From: an uncultured Clostridia bacterium
Lineage (GTDB): Bacteria; UBA6262; WVXT01
DNA length: 32,495 nt
Assembly (NCBI GenBank): GCA_964616885.1
Contig: CAZTSA010000002.1
Span: 1 to 32,495, forward strand
Direction of reading: 5' to 3'
A program made the position numbers and the translations under genes. The notes below the pieces were generated by a model. That model saw only the letters and a list, made by a program, of their open reading frames with translations, made no database searches and had not been told where the DNA came from. This document shows, one piece after another, positions 1 to 8,119 of the stretch (position 1 is its first letter; every line of letters starts with the position of its first letter).

Positions 1-2
1 CG

Positions 3-55
3 GTAGTGTAGGGCTTTATGCCCGTAAGAATTACGCCCATAAAGGGCTACACTAC
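3..55. repeat. Inverted pair of a 23-nt GTAG-headed unit (REP/REPIN-like palindrome) at the window edge
   Basis: Arm 3-25 is GTAGTGTAGGGCTTTATGCCCGT, the loop is AAGAATT, and arm 33-55 is ACGCCCATAAAGGGCTACACTAC. The second arm is the exact reverse complement of the unit at 24848-24870. Confidence 0.7.
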
Positions 56-102
56 GCAAAACCTGATTGTCTTGCATTTAAGGAAAGATTGATGGAATAA
101 GT

Positions 103-1656
103 ATGCGATGGAGAAGTGTAACTTTAGCTCTTGTTTCGGGCATTTTGCTTGTTCTGATATTTCCAAAATTCAATTTATCATTTTTGGCATGGGTAGCCTT
201 AGTGCCTCTTTTCCTTGCCCTGGAGGGTAGCAATTTAAAAGAGTCTTTCAAATTAGGATTTCTCGCTGGCTTGGTTTCTTTTATGGGGATTCTCTACTGG
301 ATTTTCCCTACGATAACGAGCAGTGGAGAATCGAAGCTATTGGCTTTTGTTTCCCTTCTATTTCTTTCCTCTTACCTCGCGATATATTATGGTATTTTCT
401 GCCTAATCTGCAGGTATATGTCGTTAAGGATTACCCATTATACCTTTGGTCTATTCTTTGCTCCTGCCCTCTGGGTTTCACTCGAACTTTTGCGAGCGTA
501 CCTTTTTTCTGGTTTTCCCTGGGCTCTTCTGGGATATTCGCTCTGGAATTTCATTCCGATGATACAGATTTCAGAATTCACAGGAGCCTACGGAGTTTCC
601 TTCCTCATTGTAATGGTAAATGGGGTTCTGGCGCAAGCGGGACGTTCTTTTGCATTTTCTAAGAGGGAAGTAGCGCTATCTGAGGGAATAATTAAGAGAA
701 ATCTGTTGCCCCTGGTTTTAGCCGCGTTAATGGTTGGGTTCTATTTGGCCTATGGCTCGATTGTCCTATCCACAGAATCTTTTCGCCAGAGTGGGAATTT
801 TCCAGACAAAAAGTCAATTACCAGAATCGCTCTGCTCCAGGGAAATATAGACCAGTATATGAAATGGGATAAAAAGTATGAGCGGCTGATTAAGGATACT
901 TATGGTGAGTTAGTGGAGGCAGCATCGGAAGAGAATCCTCAATTAATTATCTGGCCAGAGACAGCGCTGCCGGGATACCTTAGAACGGAGAGAGAGCTTC
1001 AGGAATGGGTAAAGAAGGTTGTTGGCCGGACAAATGCATACCATATTATCGGTAGTCCCGAATATCGGGAGGGTGCTTCCTACAATGCAGCGTTTCTGAT
1101 TTCGCCCAAAGGAGAAATTCTGGGAGAGTACGATAAAATTCACCTTGTTCCCTTTGGCGAAATGGTTCCTTTTCGGCCGATTCTTTCGCCCTTCATCGGC
1201 GTATTGAGTGAACTGGGAGATTTTTCTCCGTCACGGGAACGAAAGTTATTGAGAACTCCGTTCGGAAGTTTTGGCGTCCTTATTTGCTGGGAGGGAATCT
1301 TTCCTAATCTCGTTCGTAAATTTGTAAAAGATGGGGCAGATTATTTAGCCAATATTACCAACGATGCGTGGTTTTTGAAGACGTCTGCTCCCTTCCAGCA
1401 CTTTATCGCCAGCGTTTTTCGTGCAGTGGAAAATCGAGTGAGCATCATCAGGGTAGCGAACACTGGAGTCTCAGGATTTATCGATGAATATGGCAGAATA
1501 ACGAAGAAAACGGAGATATTTAAGAAAGACTATGTAAGTACTTATGTTTCCAGAAGAAGTGGTCAAACTTTCTATACCAATTACGGGGATATTTTTGCCT
1601 ACCTTTGCGTGGCCCTGAGCATCTCTTTTATTATCTGGAGGAGGTTTAAGTGTTAA
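103..1656 (+). CDS. lnt: Apolipoprotein N-acyltransferase
   Basis: 517-aa ORF with a multi-TM N-terminal half followed by a CN-hydrolase domain. The catalytic contexts are Glu (IIWPETA), Lys (YDKIHLVPFGE) and Cys (VLICWEG). Confidence 0.9.
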   Translation: MRWRSVTLALVSGILLVLIFPKFNLSFLAWVALVPLFLALEGSNLKESFKLGFLAGLVSFMGILYWIFPTITSSGESKLLAFVSLLFLSSYLAIYYGIFCLICRYMSLRITHYTFGLFFAPALWVSLELLRAYLFSGFPWALLGYSLWNFIPMIQISEFTGAYGVSFLIVMVNGVLAQAGRSFAFSKREVALSEGIIKRNLLPLVLAALMVGFYLAYGSIVLSTESFRQSGNFPDKKSITRIALLQGNIDQYMKWDKKYERLIKDTYGELVEAASEENPQLIIWPETALPGYLRTERELQEWVKKVVGRTNAYHIIGSPEYREGASYNAAFLISPKGEILGEYDKIHLVPFGEMVPFRPILSPFIGVLSELGDFSPSRERKLLRTPFGSFGVLICWEGIFPNLVRKFVKDGADYLANITNDAWFLKTSAPFQHFIASVFRAVENRVSIIRVANTGVSGFIDEYGRITKKTEIFKKDYVSTYVSRRSGQTFYTNYGDIFAYLCVALSISFIIWRRFKC

Positions 1657-2772
1657 AGGATTTGAATGACAGGATGAGATTGATTGCCGATTCAATGCAA
1701 AGACTAAGGGGGCATCTTTGAAATAGAGAAGAAAAAAGAAAAAATTAAGGAGCTTCAAAGAGAGACCGAGAAAGTAGATTTTTGGAAAGATCGGGAGAAA
1801 GCACAAGAGGTGATGCAGGAACTTAATTCCTTTAAGAGATCTGTTAAAACTTGGAAAGACCTGGACAGTGAAATAGACGAGGTAAGAACCCTTCTGGAGA
1901 TGGCTAGCGAAGAGGAAAAGAAAGGCTGGGCTGATCGCCACTACCAGGCTTCCGTGGTCGGTGAACTCGAAGGAAAGATTAAAGACATTGAGGCGAGAAT
2001 AGAGACTTTGAGCCTTGAAGCCAAAATGGCGGGAGAATATGATAGGAATAATGCTATACTCACATTACATTCTGGCGCTGGTGGCACAGAAGCGTGCGAT
2101 TGGGTAGAGATGCTCTTCCGGATGTACAGGAGATGGGCTGAAAAGAAGAATTATACTGTTACAATTACAGATATACTTGCGGGCGAGGAAGCAGGAATTA
2201 AGAGGATTACCTCTATCGTATCAGGAGAATATGCCTACGGATTCTTAAAGTCAGAGATTGGCGTTCATCGTCTGGTTAGAATTTCACCTTTCGATGCTAA
2301 TAAGCGTCGCCACACCAGCTTTGCTTCTTGCGATGTAATCCCGGAAATAACCGACGAAATAAGAGTAGAAATTAAGGAAAACGACCTGAAAATTGACACA
2401 TATCGTGCCTCTGGCCATGGCGGGCAACATGTGAACAAGACCGATTCTGCGGTGCGGATTACTCACTTGCCAACAGGTGTGGTTGTTCAATGTCAGAGTG
2501 ATCGCTCCCAGCACAAGAATAAAGCTACGGCAATGAAGTTATTGCGGGCAAAATTGTTCGAGCTGGAACACGAGAAGAAGAGGGCGGAGAGAGAGGCTCA
2601 TTACCAGAGATTGGGCAATATTGCCTGGGGCAACCAGATTCGTTCTTATGTCTTCTGTCCCTATACCATGGTAAAAGACCATCGGACGAATTTGGAAGTT
2701 GGAGATATAGAATCTGTAATGAATGGTGAAATTGATGCATTTATTGAAGCCTACCTTTCTCAAAAAGAGTAA
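1650..2772 (+). CDS. prfB: Peptide chain release factor 2, made by programmed +1 frameshifting (frame 0 1650-1718, then +1 frame 1720-2772)
   Basis: GTG at 1650, preceded by GGAGGAGG, opens a 23-codon frame (VLKDLNDRMRLIADSMQRLRGHL) that ends in CTT TGA at 1716-1721. Shifting +1 continues as EIEKKKEKIKELQRETEKVDFWKD... into the tracked ORF 1810-2772. The SPF motif (RISPFD) and GGQ motif (SGHGGQHVNKT) are present. Total length is about 373 aa. Confidence 0.9.
1707..1721 (+). promoter_or_regulatory. RF2 autoregulatory +1 frameshift site (internal SD-like AGGGGG, 3-nt spacer, CUU UGA)
   Basis: The sequence is AGGGGGCATCTTTGA. It has the same architecture and spacing as the E. coli prfB site AGGGGGUAUCUUUGAC. 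Confidence 0.85.
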
Positions 2773-2776
2773 AAAA

Positions 2777-2841
2777 GGGGACAGGCTACTTTTTTATCCA
2801 GAGATGGAAGGGGCTCTGGAAAATGACTCTGACCCCTTTTT
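2777..2841 (+). terminator. Possible intrinsic terminator after prfB (long stem with a structured loop and a T-run)
   Basis: GGGGACAG (2777-2784) pairs with CTGACCCC (2829-2836) with one mismatch, followed by TTTTT (2837-2841). An inner hairpin TCCAGAG...CTCTGGA lies in the loop. The large loop makes this atypical. Confidence 0.35.
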
Positions 2842-2844
2842 AGT

Positions 2845-2874
2845 TTGACAGAAGAGAATTTTATGTAATATAAT
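2845..2874 (+). promoter_or_regulatory. Sigma70-type promoter for lysS
   Basis: TTGACA (2845-2850), an 18-nt spacer, then TATAAT (2869-2874), about 30 nt upstream of the lysS ATG. Confidence 0.5.
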
Positions 2875-2903
2875 AATTTTATCGAGGAGAAAAAATCAAA
2901 ATT

Positions 2904-4385
2904 ATGAGTGAAATCAACAACCTGATTTCCCAGAGAAAAAAGAAATTAGAAGAGTTGCGAAAGTTGGGGATTGACCCTTATCCACATATTTTCTCCACTA
3001 CGCACGCTGTCAGTCAGCTTAGGGAGAAATATGGAGCATTAAAAAAGGAGGAGAAGGCTGAGGAAACTGTCTCTATTGCCGGAAGAATTATGAGTCTTCG
3101 CCGGATGGGGAGAGCCAGCTTTGCTCACATAAAAGATGAGACAGGAAAGTTACAAATCTACATTAGAGAAGATGTTCTTGGCGAACGGGATTATCGAATA
3201 TTTGGAAAGTTTGATATCGGGGATTTCATCGGGGTAAAAGGAAAAGTCTTTTCTACCAAAACAGGGGAATTATCTATTCAGGTAGAGGAGCTAATTCTCT
3301 TAGCCAAATCGCTCAGGCCATTGCCTGAAAAGTGGCACGGGCTTAAAGACATCGAGACTCGTTATCGCCAGAGATATGTGGATTTAGTGGTTAATGAAGA
3401 GGTAAAGAATGTTTTCCTCACCCGCGGTTTGATCATCAAGGCGATAAGAAAATTCTTGGATAGCCTGGGATTTCTGGAAGTGGAAACGCCTATGATGCAA
3501 ACGATTGTAGGTGGCGCGGCAGCTAAACCTTTCCTTACTTATCATAAAGTATTGGATATGGAGCTCTATTTGCGAATCTCACCGGAACTCTTTTTGAAGC
3601 GCTTAGTTGTAGGAGGGCTGGAAAAGGTTTATGAAGTAAACAGAAATTTCAGAAATGAAGGCGTTTCCACCAGGCACAATCCAGAATTCACTATGCTTGA
3701 AGTATATCAAGCTTATTCAGATTACAATGGCATGATGGAGCTTTGTCAGAAGATGATTATGTTCGTTGCTAAAGAAGTTTTAGGTAGAGAAGACCTCATT
3801 TATCAGGGAAACAAAATTAGTTTAGGAAAAACTCCCTGGCAAAGATTTTCGCTGTACGACCTTCTGAAGGAAAATACCGGGCTTGATTTTGCGAATATTC
3901 AGAGCTTGTCTGAAATGAGAGGCGCGGCCGACAGATTGAATGTAAAATATGAGAAGGATAGTCCCAAACACAAAGTTCTTGACCATATTTTTGAAGCTTA
4001 TGTGCAAAAGAAGCTGGTACAACCAACATTTGTGCTCGATTATCCTCGTGAGTTCTCGCCACTGGCTAAAGCGAAGAAGGATAATCCTCAGTTAGTGGAA
4101 CGGTTTGAGCTGTTCGTAGGCGGAGAAGAATTGGCAAATGCTTATTCGGAGCTGAACGACCCGGTAGAGCAGCGGAAAAGGATGGAGGCGCAGGTGAAGG
4201 AAAGAGGTACTGACGAGGGAAAAGAGGTTCAGGTCGATGAGGACTATTTACGCGCCTTAGAATACGGCATGCCGCCCTGCGGGGGCTTGGGTCTGGGAGT
4301 GGACCGCCTGGTTATGGTGTTTACCAATTCCAATTCTATTCGGGATGTGATTCTTTTTCCACAAATGAGAAAGGAAGCAGAGTAA
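2904..4385 (+). CDS. lysS: Lysine--tRNA ligase, class II
   Basis: 493 aa with an N-terminal OB anticodon-binding region. Class II motifs are present: NRNFRNEGVSTRHNPEFTMLE and GGLGLGVDRLVM. It follows prfB, as in many bacteria. Confidence 0.95.
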   Translation: MSEINNLISQRKKKLEELRKLGIDPYPHIFSTTHAVSQLREKYGALKKEEKAEETVSIAGRIMSLRRMGRASFAHIKDETGKLQIYIREDVLGERDYRIFGKFDIGDFIGVKGKVFSTKTGELSIQVEELILLAKSLRPLPEKWHGLKDIETRYRQRYVDLVVNEEVKNVFLTRGLIIKAIRKFLDSLGFLEVETPMMQTIVGGAAAKPFLTYHKVLDMELYLRISPELFLKRLVVGGLEKVYEVNRNFRNEGVSTRHNPEFTMLEVYQAYSDYNGMMELCQKMIMFVAKEVLGREDLIYQGNKISLGKTPWQRFSLYDLLKENTGLDFANIQSLSEMRGAADRLNVKYEKDSPKHKVLDHIFEAYVQKKLVQPTFVLDYPREFSPLAKAKKDNPQLVERFELFVGGEELANAYSELNDPVEQRKRMEAQVKERGTDEGKEVQVDEDYLRALEYGMPPCGGLGLGVDRLVMVFTNSNSIRDVILFPQMRKEAE

Positions 4386-4432
4386 AAATCAAAAATCAAA
4401 AATCAAAGACCCAAGAACCAAGACCAAGAAAT
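4384..4432. repeat. Degenerate heptamer tandem array starting in the lysS stop codon
   Basis: AAAAATC x3, then AAAGACC, CAAGAAC, CAAGACC, AAGAAAT. That is seven consecutive 7-nt units. Confidence 0.8.
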
Positions 4433-4450
4433 TATATAGAGTGGGGTATT

Positions 4451-5728
4451 ATGGGATACGAACTTTTTGTTAGTTTGAGATATTTAAAAGCCAAGCGGAA
4501 GCAGATATTTATTTCCATTATCAGCTTAATTTCCATTAGCGGCGTGGCCCTGGGCGTTGCTGCATTGATCATTACTCTTTCGGTAATGAATGGATTCAGG
4601 AATGATTTGCGGGAAAAAATCATAGGAATTAATTCTCACATTGTGGTTCTGGACCAGAGAAATATGGGCTTGGAAGAACCAATTACAGCCCAGAAGAAGG
4701 TAAAGAGAATAGAATCTGTAGTGGCTGTTGCTCCGTTTGTTTATGGGCAGGCAATATTGAAAAGTGGTGATAGAACCTCTGGAGCGGTGATCAAAGGAAT
4801 TTTACCAGAGGAGACAAAGAAGGTCGCAATTCTCCTGGAACGTTTAAAGGAAGGGAACATCGATTATCTTGAGTCTTCTTTAAAGGGAAGAGGCGGCTCC
4901 CGGAGTGAACTTCTCCCAGGGAATCCAGCCAGGGATGAAAATGGCATCGTCTTGGGAGCCGAATTGGCTAAGAATTTGAATCTCTCCTTAGGAATGAATG
5001 TAGTATTGATTTCTCCCATGGATATGGCAACTCATTTAGGAATGATTCCCAGGATGGAGAAATTCCGTGTGGTGGGAATCTTCGACTCAGGAATGTATGA
5101 ATATGATGCAAATCTTGCCTATATTTTTTTCCCCGTAGCACAAGAGTTGTTTAACCTGGGGGAAAGAGCCACTGGGCTTGAAGTCAAAATCGATAATATC
5201 TTTTCTGCAGATAAAGTTGCAAAGCTGATTCAAAAGGAGTTGGGTTATCCTTATTGGGCAAGGAGCTGGATGGTAACCCATAAGAACTTGTTTGCAGCTC
5301 TAAAGCTGGAAAAGGTGACGATGTTCGTTATTCTGGTTTTAATCGTTCTGGTAGCAGCGTTCAACATTATTTGCACTCTTATGATGATGACTATGGAGAA
5401 GACTAAGGATATTGGCATACTTAAGGCAATGGGTGCTGTAAGAACCAGTATCCTCAAAATCTTTCTTCTCGAAGGGTTAACAATAGGCGTAGTGGGCACG
5501 CTTATCGGTACAGTAGTGGGTTACATTGCCTGCCGTCTTTTGGAAAAATACCAGTTCGTAAAATTACCTCAAGATGTCTACTACATCAGCAGTTTGCCAG
5601 TGCACATGCAGGGAACCGATTTCATATATATCATTTTCGTGGTGCTCATAATATCTTTAACTGCCACAATCTACCCCGCCTATAAAGCATCTCGCCTGGA
5701 TCCTTGCGAGGCAATTAGATATGAATGA
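4451..5728 (+). CDS. lolE: Lipoprotein-releasing system permease (LolC/LolE/LolF type, FtsX/MacB family)
   Basis: 425 aa with an N-terminal TM helix, a large periplasmic domain and a C-terminal FtsX-type 3-TM bundle. It sits directly upstream of lolD. Confidence 0.85.
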   Translation: MGYELFVSLRYLKAKRKQIFISIISLISISGVALGVAALIITLSVMNGFRNDLREKIIGINSHIVVLDQRNMGLEEPITAQKKVKRIESVVAVAPFVYGQAILKSGDRTSGAVIKGILPEETKKVAILLERLKEGNIDYLESSLKGRGGSRSELLPGNPARDENGIVLGAELAKNLNLSLGMNVVLISPMDMATHLGMIPRMEKFRVVGIFDSGMYEYDANLAYIFFPVAQELFNLGERATGLEVKIDNIFSADKVAKLIQKELGYPYWARSWMVTHKNLFAALKLEKVTMFVILVLIVLVAAFNIICTLMMMTMEKTKDIGILKAMGAVRTSILKIFLLEGLTIGVVGTLIGTVVGYIACRLLEKYQFVKLPQDVYYISSLPVHMQGTDFIYIIFVVLIISLTATIYPAYKASRLDPCEAIRYE

Positions 5729-5812
5729 GGAACAGCCTGAAATGCACAAGTAGAAACTTTTTCAGAACTCATGCATCTAAATAGTAGAGGCAGTTGAGGG
5801 AAAGGCCAAAAA

Positions 5813-6562
5813 GTGTATGACCAGAGAGTATTCTTAGAAGCTAAGAACCTGCATAAGAGTTACTACCAGGGTAAAATTGAAATTAGAGCTCTTGTCGCAA
5901 TCAATCTTCAGATACTGGAAAATGAAGTGGTGGCGATTTTTGGTCCCTCAGGTGCCGGGAAGAGCACTTTGCTCCACATTCTCGGCGCCCTGGACCGTCC
6001 AACTACGGGAGAGGTTATTTTTGAAAATCGCAATATTACTACTTTATCTGATAATGAACTTGCCCGCTTGCGCAATAGAAAGGTTGGTTTTATTTTTCAA
6101 TTTCATCACCTTCTGCCTGAGTTTACTGCGTTGGAAAATGTAATGATGCCTATGCTGATTGCTCAAAGCTCCTCTCACGAATATAGGGTTGACAATTGCC
6201 CATCCGGACAATTTAAACAGACGAAGGAGGAGATCGAGGCGGAGGCTTTAAAAGTCTTGACTGAGGTGGGTCTAAAAGGTAGAATAAGTCATAAGCCGTC
6301 GGAATTGTCAGTGGGTGAACAGCAACGAGTGGCTGTGGCTCGGGCACTGGTCAATAGCCCGAAAGCAATTTTGGCTGACGAGCCGACAGGAAATCTGGAT
6401 AGGAAAACAGGAGAGTCGGTTTTTGAGCTTCTGTTGAGACTGAATCAGGAAAAGGAAAAGACTTTAGTAATTGTTACCCACAATGAGGAACTGGTGGACA
6501 GGGTAGGGAGGATAGAGTCAGGGAAGGTTGTCCATATACGGGACGGGAAAATAGTGAGTTAA
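5813..6562 (+). CDS. lolD: Lipoprotein-releasing system ATP-binding protein
   Basis: GTG start. Walker A is GPSGAGKST, the Q-loop region is [18 protein letters not shown] (LolD-like), Walker B is [11 protein letters not shown], and the signature reads LSVGE. Confidence 0.85.
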   Translation: MYDQRVFLEAKNLHKSYYQGKIEIRALVAINLQILENEVVAIFGPSGAGKSTLLHILGALDRPTTGEVIFENRNITTLSDNELARLRNRKVGFIFQFHHLLPEFTALENVMMPMLIAQSSSHEYRVDNCPSGQFKQTKEEIEAEALKVLTEVGLKGRISHKPSELSVGEQQRVAVARALVNSPKAILADEPTGNLDRKTGESVFELLLRLNQEKEKTLVIVTHNEELVDRVGRIESGKVVHIRDGKIVS

Positions 6563-6576
6563 AATGAGGAGGTTGA

Positions 6577-7455
6577 ATGGCACAAAAAATCTATCTGAAC
6601 GGGAAATTGCTTCCTCGAGAAGAGGCAAAGATTTCTGTCTTTGACCATGGATTGCTATATGGAGACGGGGTCTTTGAAGGAATCCGAGCATACGACGGTC
6701 GTGTATTCAGGCTGTCGCAACATCTGGATCGCCTTTACGATTCAGCGAGAGCAATTGCGCTTAAGATTCCCTTAACCAAGAAAGAGGTGCAGGATGCCGT
6801 AATCAGAACTTTAAAAGCGAATAATATAAGAAGCGGCTATGTGCGCCTGGTAGTAACGAGGGGAGAAGGTGACTTAGGCCTTGACCCTCGCAACTGTGGA
6901 GAGCCCGCGGTGTTCATTATAGCTGATAAGATCGAGCTCTATCCAGAAGAGTTATACAGGAAGGGTTTAGAGTTGGTTACTGTGGCTACAAAGAGAAATA
7001 TTCCAGAAGCAATAGACCCGCGGATAAAATCGCTAAATTATCTAAATAACATTTTAGCTAAGATTGAAGCGAACTTACAGAATATGCCTGAAGCTGTAAT
7101 GCTGAATAAGGATGGCTACGTTGCAGAATGTACGGGGGATAACATTTTCATCGTGAAAGATAGCGTCTTAATTACTCCTCCTTTTTTCGTAGGTGTGCTC
7201 GCAGGCATTACCCGTCAAACAGTAATGGAGCTGGCAAAAGAAAGATTAAAGCTTGTGGTAAGGGAGGAAGTCTTTACTCGATTCCATCTGTACAATGCAG
7301 ATGAGTGTTTCTTGACGGGCACAGCCGCAGAAGTGATTCCTGTGGTTAAAATTGATGGGCGACAGATAGCCCAGGGTGAGCCCGGAAAGATTACCAATTG
7401 GCTAATTAAGGAATTTAGAGATTTAACAAAAAATGAAGGTGTGGAGATATACTAG
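6577..7455 (+). CDS. ilvE: Branched-chain amino acid aminotransferase (PLP fold type IV)
   Basis: 292 aa with DHGLLYGDGVFEGIRAY near the N-terminus and the Schiff-base lysine context PRIKSLNYLNN. GAGGAGG lies 5 nt upstream of the ATG. Confidence 0.85.
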   Translation: MAQKIYLNGKLLPREEAKISVFDHGLLYGDGVFEGIRAYDGRVFRLSQHLDRLYDSARAIALKIPLTKKEVQDAVIRTLKANNIRSGYVRLVVTRGEGDLGLDPRNCGEPAVFIIADKIELYPEELYRKGLELVTVATKRNIPEAIDPRIKSLNYLNNILAKIEANLQNMPEAVMLNKDGYVAECTGDNIFIVKDSVLITPPFFVGVLAGITRQTVMELAKERLKLVVREEVFTRFHLYNADECFLTGTAAEVIPVVKIDGRQIAQGEPGKITNWLIKEFRDLTKNEGVEIY

Positions 7456-7537
7456 AAATTTCAAATTTCAAATTTCAAATTTCAAATTCCAAATCCCAAA
7501 TTCCAAATTAGAAATTAGATATTAGAAATTAGAGATC
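7454..7537. repeat. Twelve-unit degenerate heptamer tandem array starting in the ilvE stop codon
   Basis: AGAAATT, (TCAAATT)x4, CCAAATC, CCAAATT x2, AGAAATT, AGATATT, AGAAATT, AGAGATC. The period is strictly 7 nt over 84 nt. Confidence 0.9.
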
Positions 7538-7597
7538 AAGCAGTATGTGCTAGGCGTAGTGCGATAAACGGCGTGTGAATAAGTGGGGAGAAAGATT

Positions 7598-8119
7598 ATG
7601 CTTTGTAATGAGTGTAAAAAGAATGAGGCCACAATACATTTTACCCAGATTCTCAATAATAAAGTGACCAAATCTCATCTCTGCCAGGAGTGTGCGAAAG
7701 AAAAGGGGATCGTGTTCCCTTCTCTGGACGAGTCATTTTTCGAGGGCCCCCATTTTGCTCTCGCATCACTTTTAGCAGGGCTTAGTGAAATTGGAGCTCC
7801 CTACACTTTGGAGAAGCCAAAGGTGGCGAGAAGGTGCCCCAACTGCAAGGCAACCTATGACGATTTCAGGAACTCAGGAAGATTGGGCTGTTCTGAATGT
7901 TATAAAACTTTCAAGAACGAGCTTGTGCCGCTGTTGAAGAGACTCCATGGTTCAGTCCGACATACAGGGCTTGTCCCTCTGGAAAAAGTGGGGGTCGGTG
8001 AAAAGGTGAAAAAGATAGTGGAATTGCGTAGAGAACTGCAAACCGCAGTAGAAAAAGAGGAGTATGAAAGGGCAGCAGTAATAAGAGATAAGATAAAGGA
8101 GCTGGAAAATAAAAAATAA
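7598..8119 (+). CDS. mcsA: McsA-like activator of protein arginine kinase (two CxxC zinc-finger pairs plus a UVR motif)
   Basis: The tracked ORF starts at GTG 7583, but ATG 7598 has GGGGAG 7 nt upstream. Motifs are CNEC...CQEC, CPNC...CSEC and a C-terminal UVR motif ELRRELQTAVEKEEYERAAVIRDKIKELE. Its stop overlaps the mcsB start. Confidence 0.8.
   Translation: MLCNECKKNEATIHFTQILNNKVTKSHLCQECAKEKGIVFPSLDESFFEGPHFALASLLAGLSEIGAPYTLEKPKVARRCPNCKATYDDFRNSGRLGCSECYKTFKNELVPLLKRLHGSVRHTGLVPLEKVGVGEKVKKIVELRRELQTAVEKEEYERAAVIRDKIKELENKK

Noticed and set aside
72-100. Possible promoter upstream of lnt: TTGCAT, a 17-nt spacer, then GAATAA.
   Set aside because: The -10 hexamer is poor and sits only 2 nt from the ATG, which would imply a leaderless transcript. 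There is not enough support to call it.
5877-6143. 88-aa same-strand ORF in an alternative frame within lolD.
   Set aside because: It fully overlaps the Walker A to Q-loop region of lolD. It has no motifs and no RBS, so it is a frame artefact.
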